Made by a program: the position numbers and the translations under genes
Shown here: piece by piece, positions 26,860 through 36,422 of the stretch
Position numbering within the stretch: position 1 is the first letter of the stretch
Layout of the letters: every line of letters begins with the position of its first letter
Source: Patescibacteria group bacterium
GTDB taxonomy: Bacteria; Patescibacteriota; Minisyncoccia; UBA6257; 2-01-FULL-56-20
Direction of reading: 5' to 3'
Length of the DNA: 64,000 bases
Assembly: GCA_038063755.1 (NCBI GenBank)
Contig: JBBTUL010000011.1
Location: 3,946 to 67,945 of the forward strand
Notes under the pieces: generated by a model
The model's database searches: none
What the model saw: the letters and a program-made list of their open reading frames with translations, nothing else
Told to the model about the DNA's origin: nothing

Positions 26860-28383
26860 ATGAAAGATTTATCCGAACAGCAGAAGATCGGGCGTTTTAT
26901 TGCGGATCTTCGGGAGCATGCACACATGACGCAGGGGGATTTGGCAAAAGCACTCTCTACAAGCCAGAGTGCGGTTGCGCGGATGGAGGCGGGAGAGCAA
27001 AACTTCTCGACCGAAATGCTCGCGAAAGTTTCCCGCGCGCTTGGGCGGGATATCGTTACACTTTCTTCCGGGGCGATGAACTTTCGCATCGAAGGAGGGA
27101 AGAAGCTTTCCGGAAAAGTCACTACCAACACCTCAAAGAATTCTGCGGTTGGGCTTTTATGCGCCTCGCTCTTAAATAGAGGAAGGACTGAGTTCCGCGA
27201 TATGCCTCGCATAGAAGAGGTGAATCGGATCGTCGAGGTGCTCATCTCAATTGGCGTATCTATAAAATGGCTAAACGAAAACGATCTCGAAATAATCCCG
27301 CCGAAACGATTTTCAATGGATAATCTTAACGTGCAGGCGGCGATGAAGACGCGAAGTGTTCTGATGCTTCTGGGACCGCTCATACATGAGCTTCAGAACT
27401 TCGTGATTCCCTATCCGGGTGGATGCAAGCTTGGTCGGAGGTCGGTTCGCCCGCATCTTTTTGCGCTGCAGAAGCTTGGCGTAAAGATCGGTGCCTCGAA
27501 GGGCAATTATCATGTTTCGGTAAAGAAGTTAAAGCCAGCGAACGTTGTCCTTTACGAGGCGGGAGATACTGTCACCGAAAATGCCCTCATGGCGGCCGCG
27601 CGTATTCCTGGAGTGACGACCCTCAAGTTTGCATCGGCAAACTACATGGTTCAGGATGTTGCTCGCTTCATTGAGGCGCTCGGCGTGAGGATTGATGGAA
27701 TCGGGACATCGACGCTTGTCGTCCATGGGAAGCAGGACATCCAAAAATCGGTTGTTTTTTATCCAAGCGAGGATCCAATCGAATCAATGCTTTTCCTTTC
27801 TCTTGCCGCGACGACGAACTCATCAATCGTGATTGAGCGATGCCCGATTGATTTTTTGGAGCTAGAACTTTTGAAATTGGAAAAGATGGGGTTCAAATAT
27901 AAAATCCTTCGACGTTACAAATCAAAGAATGAGATTACGAATCTTGTGGATATCAAAACATTTTCGTCAAAACTTATTGCGCTTGAAGAGAAGATTCATC
28001 CGCTTCCTTCCGCTGCCGGCATAAATATAGACAATTTACCGTTTTTCGTGCCAGTCGCGGCCTGCGCGAAGGGAACAACGCTTATCCATGACTGGGTGTA
28101 TGAGAATCGAGCTATCTATTATATGGAGCTTCAAAAGCTCGGAGTAAATATCATCTTAGCTGATCCGCATCGAGTCTACGTTGAGGGACCAACCGAGTTT
28201 CGGGCGTCCGAGGTGGTGTGCCCTCCGGCTCTCCGCCCCGCAGTTATTATACTTATCGCTATGATTGCTGCTCCTGGTGTTTCGATTTTGCGAAATGTTT
28301 ATTCGATCAACAGAGGGTACGAGGACTTGGTAAACCGCTTGAACAGGCTCGGAGCAAGGGTTGAGATTTTGCACGGGATATAA
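26860..28383 (+). CDS. murA: XRE HTH-fused UDP-N-acetylglucosamine 1-carboxyvinyltransferase
   Basis: N-terminal HTH (MTQGDLAKALSTSQSAVARMEAG), then SKNS, catalytic-loop PGGCKLGRR, INRGYEDL. Confidence 0.9.
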   Translation: MKDLSEQQKIGRFIADLREHAHMTQGDLAKALSTSQSAVARMEAGEQNFSTEMLAKVSRALGRDIVTLSSGAMNFRIEGGKKLSGKVTTNTSKNSAVGLLCASLLNRGRTEFRDMPRIEEVNRIVEVLISIGVSIKWLNENDLEIIPPKRFSMDNLNVQAAMKTRSVLMLLGPLIHELQNFVIPYPGGCKLGRRSVRPHLFALQKLGVKIGASKGNYHVSVKKLKPANVVLYEAGDTVTENALMAAARIPGVTTLKFASANYMVQDVARFIEALGVRIDGIGTSTLVVHGKQDIQKSVVFYPSEDPIESMLFLSLAATTNSSIVIERCPIDFLELELLKLEKMGFKYKILRRYKSKNEITNLVDIKTFSSKLIALEEKIHPLPSAAGINIDNLPFFVPVAACAKGTTLIHDWVYENRAIYYMELQKLGVNIILADPHRVYVEGPTEFRASEVVCPPALRPAVIILIAMIAAPGVSILRNVYSINRGYEDLVNRLNRLGARVEILHGI

Positions 28384-28456
28384 AAGCGTATTGGTTGACA
28401 GATAGCTCTTGGGAGCGCTAGGCTCATTAAAGACATTTGAAGAAAGCGAGGATCTT

Positions 28457-28756
28457 ATGTGGAGTCAGGAGTCCGCCATCCTTCTCAATTTCAAAGATAT
28501 TCCAGGACGGAGGCGCTGGGAGCTGGCACTCCTTTTCGCCTTTGTGAGACAAGTGAAAGTTTTTTTTCAAGAGGGCAGGGGGGATCTGGTGGTGACGAGG
28601 GTTCAATCGGTTCCTGTTTTTTCACCATCGACTGCTCGTTTGGCGAGAGATCGATGGATGGAAAGACTTTCAGAAATTGAAAACCTCGGCCTAGAAGCCG
28701 ATGAACGCGAGCTTCTTCAAAGGGCGATTCAGCAAATCGTCCCGTACTGCTCGTAG
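28457..28756 (+). CDS. Hypothetical protein, 99 aa
   Basis: TTGACA/TAGGCT promoter, GAGG before ATG 28457, palindromic terminator downstream. Confidence 0.5.
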   Translation: MWSQESAILLNFKDIPGRRRWELALLFAFVRQVKVFFQEGRGDLVVTRVQSVPVFSPSTARLARDRWMERLSEIENLGLEADERELLQRAIQQIVPYCS

Positions 28757-28770
28757 CCGACAGAAATTAT

Positions 28771-28800
28771 AATGCTTCGACCATGGTCGAAGCATTTTTT
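28771..28800. terminator. Terminator between convergent small genes
   Basis: AATGCTTCGACC-at-GGTCGAAGCATT followed by TTTT. Confidence 0.7.
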
Positions 28801-28889
28801 GTTTACATGGTTTTGGGCGGACCCACTGAATGCACCGTTAAAAATGAAAAGAAGGCAGTGTTTGCCTCCTTGGATGTTTGACTGCAGGC

Positions 28890-29000
28890 TTACCGGCTCT
28901 TCGTTAGCGATCCTGCGAGTGATACGACCGCTAATGCCAGGTAAAGGAAAAAAATATAGACGTCAGAGAAAAATCCTGCTGCATCGCCGTTTCCGCTCAT
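28890..29000 (-). CDS. Putative 36-aa membrane peptide (not in ORF track)
   Basis: MSGNGDAAGFFSDVYIFFLYLALAVVSLAGSLTKSR; ATGA overlap with the upstream gene's stop, GGAAGGA upstream. Confidence 0.35.
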   Translation of the reverse strand: MSGNGDAAGFFSDVYIFFLYLALAVVSLAGSLTKSR

Positions 29001-29221
29001 ACGTCATCCTTCCACTTCAGAATCGCGGAAACGATGCTGATCACGCTCAGCGTAAGTAGCAGCGATAAACCGCAGGGTGCGCCAACGAACAAAAGAAGGT
29101 TTTCTGAGGTTAATTTTCCCTGTGCCAGTGTCTCGAGGAGACATGCCACGTAGAAGAAAGAAAGAAAAAGACCGATGAACAGTAACCCGCACCCGACGAA
29201 AAGATGGTCCCTCGCGCTCAT
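28997..29221 (-). CDS. Small two-TM membrane protein, 74 aa
   Basis: Two hydrophobic segments; TTGACA-16-TATGAT promoter and purine-rich leader on the minus strand. Confidence 0.6.
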   Translation of the reverse strand: MSARDHLFVGCGLLFIGLFLSFFYVACLLETLAQGKLTSENLLLFVGAPCGLSLLLTLSVISIVSAILKWKDDV

Positions 29222-29361
29222 TCCTTACCCTTTCCTTGAAGATGCTGAACGCATCATAGCATAGCAAAGCCTTTTGTCAATCTCTTTCTGCCAGGATTTT
29301 CTGTCGCCCAGAAACAATTCCGAAATTGACTTTCAATCTTAAATCACCTTAAATACATATA

Positions 29362-30369
29362 ATGTTTTCAAGAAAGATAGGAATCGATCTTGGTACCGCG
29401 AATACCGTCGTTTTTGTTCCCGGACGAGGTTTTATTATCAACGAGCCAACAATCGTCGCGCTTTCAAAACCAGAAAACACCGTTCTTGCGGTGGGGGTCG
29501 AGGCAAAAGAAATGATCGGAAGAACGCCCGAGGAGATCGTCGCGTATCGTCCGCTTAAAGATGGCGTCATTGCCGACTACTATATTACCAGAGCGCTTCT
29601 TACGTATTTCATTGCGAAAGCATCGCATTGGATGAATCCTTTCAAGCCGGACGTTGTGATATCGGTACCCGCCGGAATTACACAGACCGAGCGAAGAGCT
29701 GTTGTGAATGCTGCGAGGGAGGCCGGAGCGAGAAACGCGTTTATTGTACGCGAGCCAGTTCTTGCGGCGCTTGGGGCAGGGATACCGATAAATGCTCGTT
29801 CGGGGCATATGATCATAAATATAGGAGGTGGTACGTCAGAAGTTGCGGTTATCGCACTCGGAAACATTGTTTCTTGGACCAGCCTTCGTGTCGCCGGAAA
29901 TAAGTTTGATCGCGCGATCAGCGATTATGTAAAGAAAAAGTATGGCTTGGCGATTGGCGAGCAAACCGCGGAAAAAGTTAAGATCGAGATCGGGTCAGCG
30001 CTTCAGGTCAAGCAGAAGAAGGAATTCGAACTGCGCGGACGAGATTTAGTGAGCGGTCTTCCGAAGGATATCGTAATCAATTCAAGCGAGATTGCGGAGG
30101 CTCTAAACCCGCTTCTTATGGAAATTGCCGACTCGGTGCAGACGGTATTCAATAGCACGCCACCGGAGCTTGTCGCGGATATCATGGAGAAGGGAATTAT
30201 TCTTTCTGGAGGAAGCGCACAGCTCAATAATCTTACAGACTTTTTTGAGCAGATATTCCGTGTTCCTTCTTACGTTGCCGAAGATCCGCTATTTTGCGTT
30301 GCTCGCGGCACAGGCCTTATTTTAAATCACCTCGATGCATACAAGCGGACTTTGCTAAACAAGAGATAG
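29362..30369 (+). CDS. mreB: Rod shape-determining protein MreB/Mbl
   Basis: IGIDLGTANT, RPLKDGVIAD, NIGGGTSEVA, GEQTAE.VK. Confidence 0.95.
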   Translation: MFSRKIGIDLGTANTVVFVPGRGFIINEPTIVALSKPENTVLAVGVEAKEMIGRTPEEIVAYRPLKDGVIADYYITRALLTYFIAKASHWMNPFKPDVVISVPAGITQTERRAVVNAAREAGARNAFIVREPVLAALGAGIPINARSGHMIINIGGGTSEVAVIALGNIVSWTSLRVAGNKFDRAISDYVKKKYGLAIGEQTAEKVKIEIGSALQVKQKKEFELRGRDLVSGLPKDIVINSSEIAEALNPLLMEIADSVQTVFNSTPPELVADIMEKGIILSGGSAQLNNLTDFFEQIFRVPSYVAEDPLFCVARGTGLILNHLDAYKRTLLNKR

Positions 30370-30372
30370 GGC

Positions 30373-31221
30373 ATGGTTATCGGAAACAGGCATGTTCAAG
30401 CTGAATTCGAGCGGCTTGCCAAGAAGAAGAGACTTTCACACGGGTACCTTTTTTTTGGCCCAGCCGGATCCGGCAAGACAACATTTGCGAAAGAATTCGC
30501 GTATTTCCTAGAACACGGTTCGTACTTTGAGGGGAGGGAAGAGGAGAATAAAACACCGCTCATCGATTTTCGTTTCATTTCTCCAGGAGAAAGCGGGAGC
30601 ATTGGGATCGATGAGTCCCGAGCGGTAAAACATTTTTTATGGCAGAGACCAGTAAAAAGTTTATATCGAACGTGCATTATTGATCACGCAGAGCTGCTCA
30701 CCGCAGAAGCTCAGAACGCACTTCTTAAAATTACGGAAGAACCGCCATCGTATGCACTCCTCATTCTCATTCTGCAAGATCACGAATCTCTTCCGGTCAC
30801 TCTTGTCTCTCGTCTTCACAAGGCCTACTTTGGTCTTTCTGGCGTGAAAGAAGTGGAAGATTGGCTCGCCGGTTTTCATGGAGTTGCCCGCGAAGATGCC
30901 GTCAAGGTATCGCTCCAAACCCGCGGGAGCCCTGGTCTTGCCTGGAAAATGCTTTTTGACGAAAAGCTTAAAGGAAAAATTGCTGACGCAAAAAAGTTTC
31001 TCCACGTTCGTCCAGAGGAAAGAAAGGATTTCCTGAAAAAACTTCTTGAAGACGAAATGTTTTCACTTCCGATTTTTCTTGATGCGCTCGTTCTCTCGAC
31101 ATGCGGAGAAGGAGATATTTATGGAAAATTTTGGCATGCCATGCTAGAATTGAGAGGTGCTGCGGATGGGACGCCGCTCAATCCGCGGATTCAACTTTCA
31201 GAATTATGGAACAAAACATAA
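30373..31221 (+). CDS. holB: DNA polymerase III delta-prime-like clamp loader subunit
   Basis: SHGYLFFGPAGSGKTT, AQNALLKITEEPP, TLVSR. Confidence 0.8.
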   Translation: MVIGNRHVQAEFERLAKKKRLSHGYLFFGPAGSGKTTFAKEFAYFLEHGSYFEGREEENKTPLIDFRFISPGESGSIGIDESRAVKHFLWQRPVKSLYRTCIIDHAELLTAEAQNALLKITEEPPSYALLILILQDHESLPVTLVSRLHKAYFGLSGVKEVEDWLAGFHGVAREDAVKVSLQTRGSPGLAWKMLFDEKLKGKIADAKKFLHVRPEERKDFLKKLLEDEMFSLPIFLDALVLSTCGEGDIYGKFWHAMLELRGAADGTPLNPRIQLSELWNKT

Positions 31222-31757
31222 AAGAACTCGAAGCCTCGCTCAAGGGACTCACTGCGTATTTAAGCGATGAGCTCAAAGGGATTCGAACAAACCGTCCTTC
31301 GGTTGAGCTCATTGAAAGCATTAAGGTCAACTATTTTGATGACTGGCTTACTATTCAACAGCTTGGATCAATTTCTGTCGTTCCTCCGCGTGAAATACGA
31401 ATTTCCGTTTGGGATAAAAATGCAACCGGCCCCATAACAAAAGCGATAGAGGACGCAAACGCAGGGCTGACGGTCTCTGTCGACGGAACCGCTATCCGAG
31501 CGACGCTTTCGCAGATGAGCAACGAGCGACGGGAGGAGTTTATGAAAATTGCCAAAAAGAAGGCGGAATCTACCCGTATCGAGATACGGGGGAAGCGTGA
31601 CGAAACCATGAAGAGAATGAAGGCGATGCAGGACTCGGGGGGTATTACCGAAGACCAGGCTTTTAAAGGTAAGGAGCGAATTCAGAAGGTTGTTGATGGC
31701 GAAAACAAGCGAGTAGAGGCACTTCTTGAGGAGAAACTTAGGGAGCTGGAAGAATAA
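31206..31757 (+). CDS. frr: Ribosome recycling factor
   Basis: IRTNRPS, ERREE..K.....E..R..IR..R, ITED. Confidence 0.92.
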   Translation: MEQNIKELEASLKGLTAYLSDELKGIRTNRPSVELIESIKVNYFDDWLTIQQLGSISVVPPREIRISVWDKNATGPITKAIEDANAGLTVSVDGTAIRATLSQMSNERREEFMKIAKKKAESTRIEIRGKRDETMKRMKAMQDSGGITEDQAFKGKERIQKVVDGENKRVEALLEEKLRELEE

Positions 31758-31765
31758 ACTAAACC

Positions 31766-32803
31766 ATGGTCATCTTTTTCATTGTTCTTTTCGGACTTTC
31801 TGCGTTGATCTTGGGACACGAAGCGGGTCATTTTTTTGCTGCGCGTTGGTTCAAGTTGAAAATAGAAGAGTTCGGAATTGGTTTTCCGCCGCGTATTTTC
31901 GCCAGGAAGAAAGGAGAAACCGAGTACAGTGTGAATTGGCTTCCATTCGGTGGATTCGTGAGAATCGCCGGCGAGAACGACGGAATGAAAAACGAAGAAG
32001 AGCCCATAGCGAACGAAGATCGCTCGAGGTATTTTTCTACGCAACCCGCGTGGAAGCGAGCAGTGATAATGTTCGCGGGAGTTTTTGTGAACTTTATTCT
32101 CGGCTGGTTGCTTCTTTCGGCGGTTTTTCTTTCGGGAACTCCAAAAATACTCCTTGTTGCGGATGTTGAACCGAATTCGCCAGCCGCATCGGTTGGGCTA
32201 AAGCGAGGTGATGTGATAAAGGACTATCAACAAGCCGAGCAGTTTATTAGTTTCGTAAACGAAAATCGTGGCAAGGAAATATCGTTTGCGATTATTCGCG
32301 ATGGGAAAGAGATTTTTATGGTTACAACTCCGCGCGGAACTGTTTCTGACGGGAAGGGGGCGTTGGGAGTTTTTCTGGAGGAAGGAGGTTCGGAGCGATC
32401 CGGATTTTTTGCATCACTTGCAAAAGGATTCAGCGCCGCACTCAGCATGATTGTTCTTACCATTCAATCATTTTATGAGCTTATTAGAAATTTTGTTTCG
32501 AGCGGAACACTGCTTGAGGGAGTCGTCGGACCGGTTGGGATTTTTTCTGTTGCCGCAAGCGCAAGTAAGTTTGGTCTCGTTTATCTTTTTCAGATTCTCG
32601 GAATTATTTCGGTCAATCTCGCGGTTCTAAATCTCATTCCGTTTCCGGCCCTCGACGGGGGAAGGCTTTTCCTCCTTTTGATAGAGAAAATAAAAGGAAC
32701 TCCGGTTCCGAGGAGGACCGAGATGATTGCAAACGGAATCGGATTTGCCCTGCTTATTCTTCTTATGATTGTTGTGACCGTTCGAGATGTCGTGCGATGG
32801 TAG
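31766..32803 (+). CDS. rseP: Site-2 (M50) zinc metalloprotease with PDZ domain
   Basis: HEAGH, FGIGFPP, LPFGGFV, NLIPFPALDGG. Confidence 0.92.
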   Translation: MVIFFIVLFGLSALILGHEAGHFFAARWFKLKIEEFGIGFPPRIFARKKGETEYSVNWLPFGGFVRIAGENDGMKNEEEPIANEDRSRYFSTQPAWKRAVIMFAGVFVNFILGWLLLSAVFLSGTPKILLVADVEPNSPAASVGLKRGDVIKDYQQAEQFISFVNENRGKEISFAIIRDGKEIFMVTTPRGTVSDGKGALGVFLEEGGSERSGFFASLAKGFSAALSMIVLTIQSFYELIRNFVSSGTLLEGVVGPVGIFSVAASASKFGLVYLFQILGIISVNLAVLNLIPFPALDGGRLFLLLIEKIKGTPVPRRTEMIANGIGFALLILLMIVVTVRDVVRW

Positions 32804-33025
32804 ATTTTCTTGCCGTAAATAATCGTTTTCTTGAAGAAATCAATTTTCGCGCCGCGGATGGAATTTTTTAAGCGTTCCGAAGGGTGAAAGGAAGGGCGAT
32901 TAAGAAGATTCTTGTTTTGCATCTTAAGCTTTCAACGGGCAACATATCCATCTTGACACCCTTTCGTGTCTGGGACTTGAGGGTGTGAATCATTTTTTGC
33001 GACAAGGTTTTCCAATGCGAAAGTT

Positions 33026-33072
33026 TGGGGATAACTAATTCTTTGACATGGATCGAGGGTCGGCCCTACACT
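33026..33072 (+). promoter_or_regulatory. nrdJ promoter with adjacent DnaA-box-like site
   Basis: TGGGGATAA 33026-33034 (8/9 match to the TTATCCACA complement), TTGACA 33043, TACACT 33067. Confidence 0.45.
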
Positions 33073-33141
33073 TTTTTATAGGGGATGTTCTGTCGACTCC
33101 CAACTAAAAAAACAGGGTAGCCGTTTTACGGCACCATCCAT

Positions 33142-35868
33142 ATGCCCAAAGAAAAAACAAATCGGTCAGTAGCTCGTCGTATACTCGCAACACCATCTCA
33201 CCTTCGGAGATTTTACACAAAGGAAGGAGTACATCCTTTCGCCGAGGTTGAGTGGAAGAGCGCCGTTGTGACTGTACCAGGAGTTACCGGCATGCTTGAG
33301 CGGGAGGTTGAGGTTCCGGCATCATGGTCAGAGCATGCGGTTCGAATTGCAGCGGCGAAGTATTTTCGAGGACGGATTGGGACAAGCGAGTGGGAGTCTT
33401 CGGTGAAGCAGATGATCTCTCGCGTCGCAGGGACGATCCGCGATTGGGGAAAAAAATTCGGTTATTTCTCAAGCGAAGAAGCATCGAGTGTTTTTCATGA
33501 TGAACTCACTTCGATTTTACTTCATCAGCGCGCTGCGTTTAATTCTCCGGTTTGGTTCAACGTTGGCGTTATGGCCGAGCCGCAATGTTCCGCGTGTTTT
33601 ATTCTTTCGGTTGAGGATAATATGGATTCTATTTTGGACTGGATTAAAAACGAGGGACTCATCTTTAAGCGGGGGTCTGGTGCCGGAATAAATCTTTCAA
33701 CGCTTCGTGCCGAACGAGAGACGCTATCGCAAGGAGGACATTCTTCGGGACCTGTTTCGTTTATGCGAGGTGCCGATTCGGTTGCAGGGATGATCGCTTC
33801 CGGTGGTTCCACGAGGCGTGCCGCAAAGATGGTCGTGATGAATATTGATCACCCCGACATCATGCAGTTCGTTTCTTCAAAGGCAGAAGAGGAGAAGAAG
33901 ATCAGAGCGTTTATTGATGCGGGATACAATATGTATGACTTAAACAATGAAGCGTGGCACTCCATCCAATATCAGAATGCGAATAATTCTGTTCGAGTGA
34001 CAGACGAGTTTATGTCAGCGGTTGAGCGGGACGAATCATTCTCGACAAAGTTCATTCGTAATAACGACGTTGCGGAAACACATCGCGCGAAAGATATGAT
34101 GCGTTCGATTGCGCAAGCGGCATGGGATTGCGGGGACCCAGGAATCCAATTCGATACCATCATCAACAGGTGGCATACGTGTCCCGTGACGGGGCGTATT
34201 AATGCGTCGAATCCATGCAGCGAATACATGCACCTTGACGATTCCGCATGCAACCTTGCCTCGATAAATCTCATGAAGTATCTCGGCGAAGATGGGTCGT
34301 TCGACGTTGATGCCTTCAGGCATACCGTTCGAATCATGATCCTTGCCCAGGAGATTGCGGTTGAGGGTTCTTCCTATCCAACGAAAAAAATAACCGAAAA
34401 CGCGAGGAATTTCAGGCAGCTTGGCCTGGGATATGCGAATTTGGGAGCGCTTCTTATGAAAAAAGGTATCGCGTATGATTCGGAGGAGGGCCGACACTCA
34501 GCTGCTTCGATTACGGCGCTCATGACCGGAGAGGCGTATCGCTGGTCCGCGGTCATTGCAAAGGAAAAAGGACCGTTTGTGGGTTTTGATGTGAACCGAA
34601 AGCCGATGCTGCGCGTGCTTGGCATGCATCGTGACGCACTTGATCAAATAAGACCGGAAAGAGTTTTTGACCGTCGGGTGTTGAGCGAAGCGGTAGAGGC
34701 GTGGGATGAGGCAGTGCAATTTGGCGGAAAATACGGAGTCCGAAATTCTCAAGCAACCGTTCTCGCTCCGACGGGAACCATAGCGCTTATGATGGACTGT
34801 ACAACGACCGGCATCGAGCCGGAGTTCGCTCTCGTGAAAACGAAACATCTTGTTGGCGGAGGGACGATGAAATTTATTAACTCTGTGGTGCGGGATGCGC
34901 TCGTGACGCTTGGTTATGGCGAAGAAGAACGAAATGCTATCGTTTCATACATCGAGGACAAAGGGGTTGCCGAGGGAGCGCCGTATCTGAAAGCAGAACA
35001 TCTTTCGGTTTTTGACTGTGCGGTGCGATCTCAGAACGGAACGCGATCAATCCCGTGGCAGGGTCACGTGAAGATGGTCGCGGCCGCGCAGCCATTCCTC
35101 TCGGGAGCAGTTTCAAAAACTTTCAACATGTCTGCCGAGACGACGGTCGAAGAGATAATGGAAGCATATGTTTCAGCGTGGAAGTTGGGACTCAAGGCTT
35201 TTGCGGTGTACCGCGATGGCTCAAAGGCTGCGCAGCCGCTTGTTACGGGAAACGGAGGCGGAACGAAAAGGAAGAAGCAGGAAGAACCGGTGCGAAGGCG
35301 CTTGTCCGCTACTCGCAAATCGGAAACGCATAAGTTTTCCATTGCAGGGCACGAAGGATACCTCACGCATAGCATTTTCGACAACGGAGATCTCGCAGAA
35401 ATTTTTATTAAAATGTCGAAACAAGGATCGACACTTGCTGGACTTCTCGATACTTTTGCGATTGCGGTTTCTATCGCCATTCAGTACGGAGTGCCTCTTT
35501 CGACTTTGGTACAGAAGTTCTCGCACGGGAGGTATGAGCCAGCTGGATTTACCGCAAATCCGGATATTCCTGTTGCCACGTCTATCACCGACTATATTTT
35601 TCGATATCTCGCGGTAAAGTTTCTGACTTCGACAGAACTTGAAGACCTCGGAATTTCGGGCACCTCTCAAATTAAGAGCGACACGACGACAAAAGAAGAG
35701 GTCGAGGTTGAGCTTGAAAAACCGGCAGCGCTTCCTCCAAAAAGAGAGGCCTCAAGCGGCGGCGTGGTGTATGCCGACAGTGTTTGCCGCGCGTGCGGCG
35801 GTATGCTCATCCAGACGGGATCTTGTAAGACCTGTATTCAGTGCGGTACTTCAAACGGCGGTTGCTGA
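33142..35868 (+). CDS. nrdJ: Vitamin B12-dependent (class II) ribonucleotide reductase
   Basis: FNSPVWFN, QCSACFI, RRAAKM, NPCSEY, APTGTI, YRDGSK, TSCPD-like domain and C-terminal Cys-rich tail. Confidence 0.95.
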   Translation: MPKEKTNRSVARRILATPSHLRRFYTKEGVHPFAEVEWKSAVVTVPGVTGMLEREVEVPASWSEHAVRIAAAKYFRGRIGTSEWESSVKQMISRVAGTIRDWGKKFGYFSSEEASSVFHDELTSILLHQRAAFNSPVWFNVGVMAEPQCSACFILSVEDNMDSILDWIKNEGLIFKRGSGAGINLSTLRAERETLSQGGHSSGPVSFMRGADSVAGMIASGGSTRRAAKMVVMNIDHPDIMQFVSSKAEEEKKIRAFIDAGYNMYDLNNEAWHSIQYQNANNSVRVTDEFMSAVERDESFSTKFIRNNDVAETHRAKDMMRSIAQAAWDCGDPGIQFDTIINRWHTCPVTGRINASNPCSEYMHLDDSACNLASINLMKYLGEDGSFDVDAFRHTVRIMILAQEIAVEGSSYPTKKITENARNFRQLGLGYANLGALLMKKGIAYDSEEGRHSAASITALMTGEAYRWSAVIAKEKGPFVGFDVNRKPMLRVLGMHRDALDQIRPERVFDRRVLSEAVEAWDEAVQFGGKYGVRNSQATVLAPTGTIALMMDCTTTGIEPEFALVKTKHLVGGGTMKFINSVVRDALVTLGYGEEERNAIVSYIEDKGVAEGAPYLKAEHLSVFDCAVRSQNGTRSIPWQGHVKMVAAAQPFLSGAVSKTFNMSAETTVEEIMEAYVSAWKLGLKAFAVYRDGSKAAQPLVTGNGGGTKRKKQEEPVRRRLSATRKSETHKFSIAGHEGYLTHSIFDNGDLAEIFIKMSKQGSTLAGLLDTFAIAVSIAIQYGVPLSTLVQKFSHGRYEPAGFTANPDIPVATSITDYIFRYLAVKFLTSTELEDLGISGTSQIKSDTTTKEEVEVELEKPAALPPKREASSGGVVYADSVCRACGGMLIQTGSCKTCIQCGTSNGGC

Positions 35869-35880
35869 AATCCATCGACC

Positions 35881-36402
35881 ATGTTTTTACTGTTCACCGG
35901 AAACGGCAAGGGAAAAACGACATCCGCAATCGGACAAGCGGTACGAATGTTGGGCGAGGGGAAGCGGGTACTCATGATCCAATTTATTAAAGGCCCGTGG
36001 AAGTCCGGAGAGGACGAGTCGTCAAAGCTGCTTCATCCGAATTTCCGGATCATAAAGTCGGGGAAAGGGTTTGTGGGAATATTGGGAGACAAACTGCCTC
36101 GCGAGGTGCACCGTGCGGCCGCGCGAAAAGGACTTGCGCTCGCCATAAAAGAGGCGAAATCGAGAAGATGGGACGCTCTTATCTTGGATGAGGTTCATAA
36201 CGCGATAAAACTTCGCTTGCTTACCACAAAGGATGTGCTGTCTTTTGTCGATATCGCGCTTAAGAAGCTCGAGCATCTAATTCTTACCGGGCGGGATGCG
36301 CCCCGCGCGCTTATCTCTCGTGCCGATCTCGTGACGGAGATGCGCGAAATAAAGCATCCATACGCGAAAGGAAAGAAGGCCGAGAAGGGAATAGAATACT
36401 AA
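35881..36402 (+). CDS. cobO: Cob(I)yrinic acid a,c-diamide adenosyltransferase (CobO/BtuR)
   Basis: TGNGKGKTTSA.G, QFIKG, ILDE, ILTGR.AP, ADLVTEM..IKHP, GIEY. Confidence 0.92.
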   Translation: MFLLFTGNGKGKTTSAIGQAVRMLGEGKRVLMIQFIKGPWKSGEDESSKLLHPNFRIIKSGKGFVGILGDKLPREVHRAAARKGLALAIKEAKSRRWDALILDEVHNAIKLRLLTTKDVLSFVDIALKKLEHLILTGRDAPRALISRADLVTEMREIKHPYAKGKKAEKGIEY

Positions 36403-36422
36403 AAACCAACCGTGACCAATAT

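Noticed and set aside
32804-33141. Possible oriC, cobalamin riboswitch or NrdR boxes upstream of nrdJ
   Set aside because: Only one DnaA-box-like site; no B12-box or riboswitch core and no convincing NrdR palindrome.
33142-35868. Intein or intron in nrdJ
   Set aside because: Continuous ORF of ordinary length with no intein splice or homing-endonuclease motifs.
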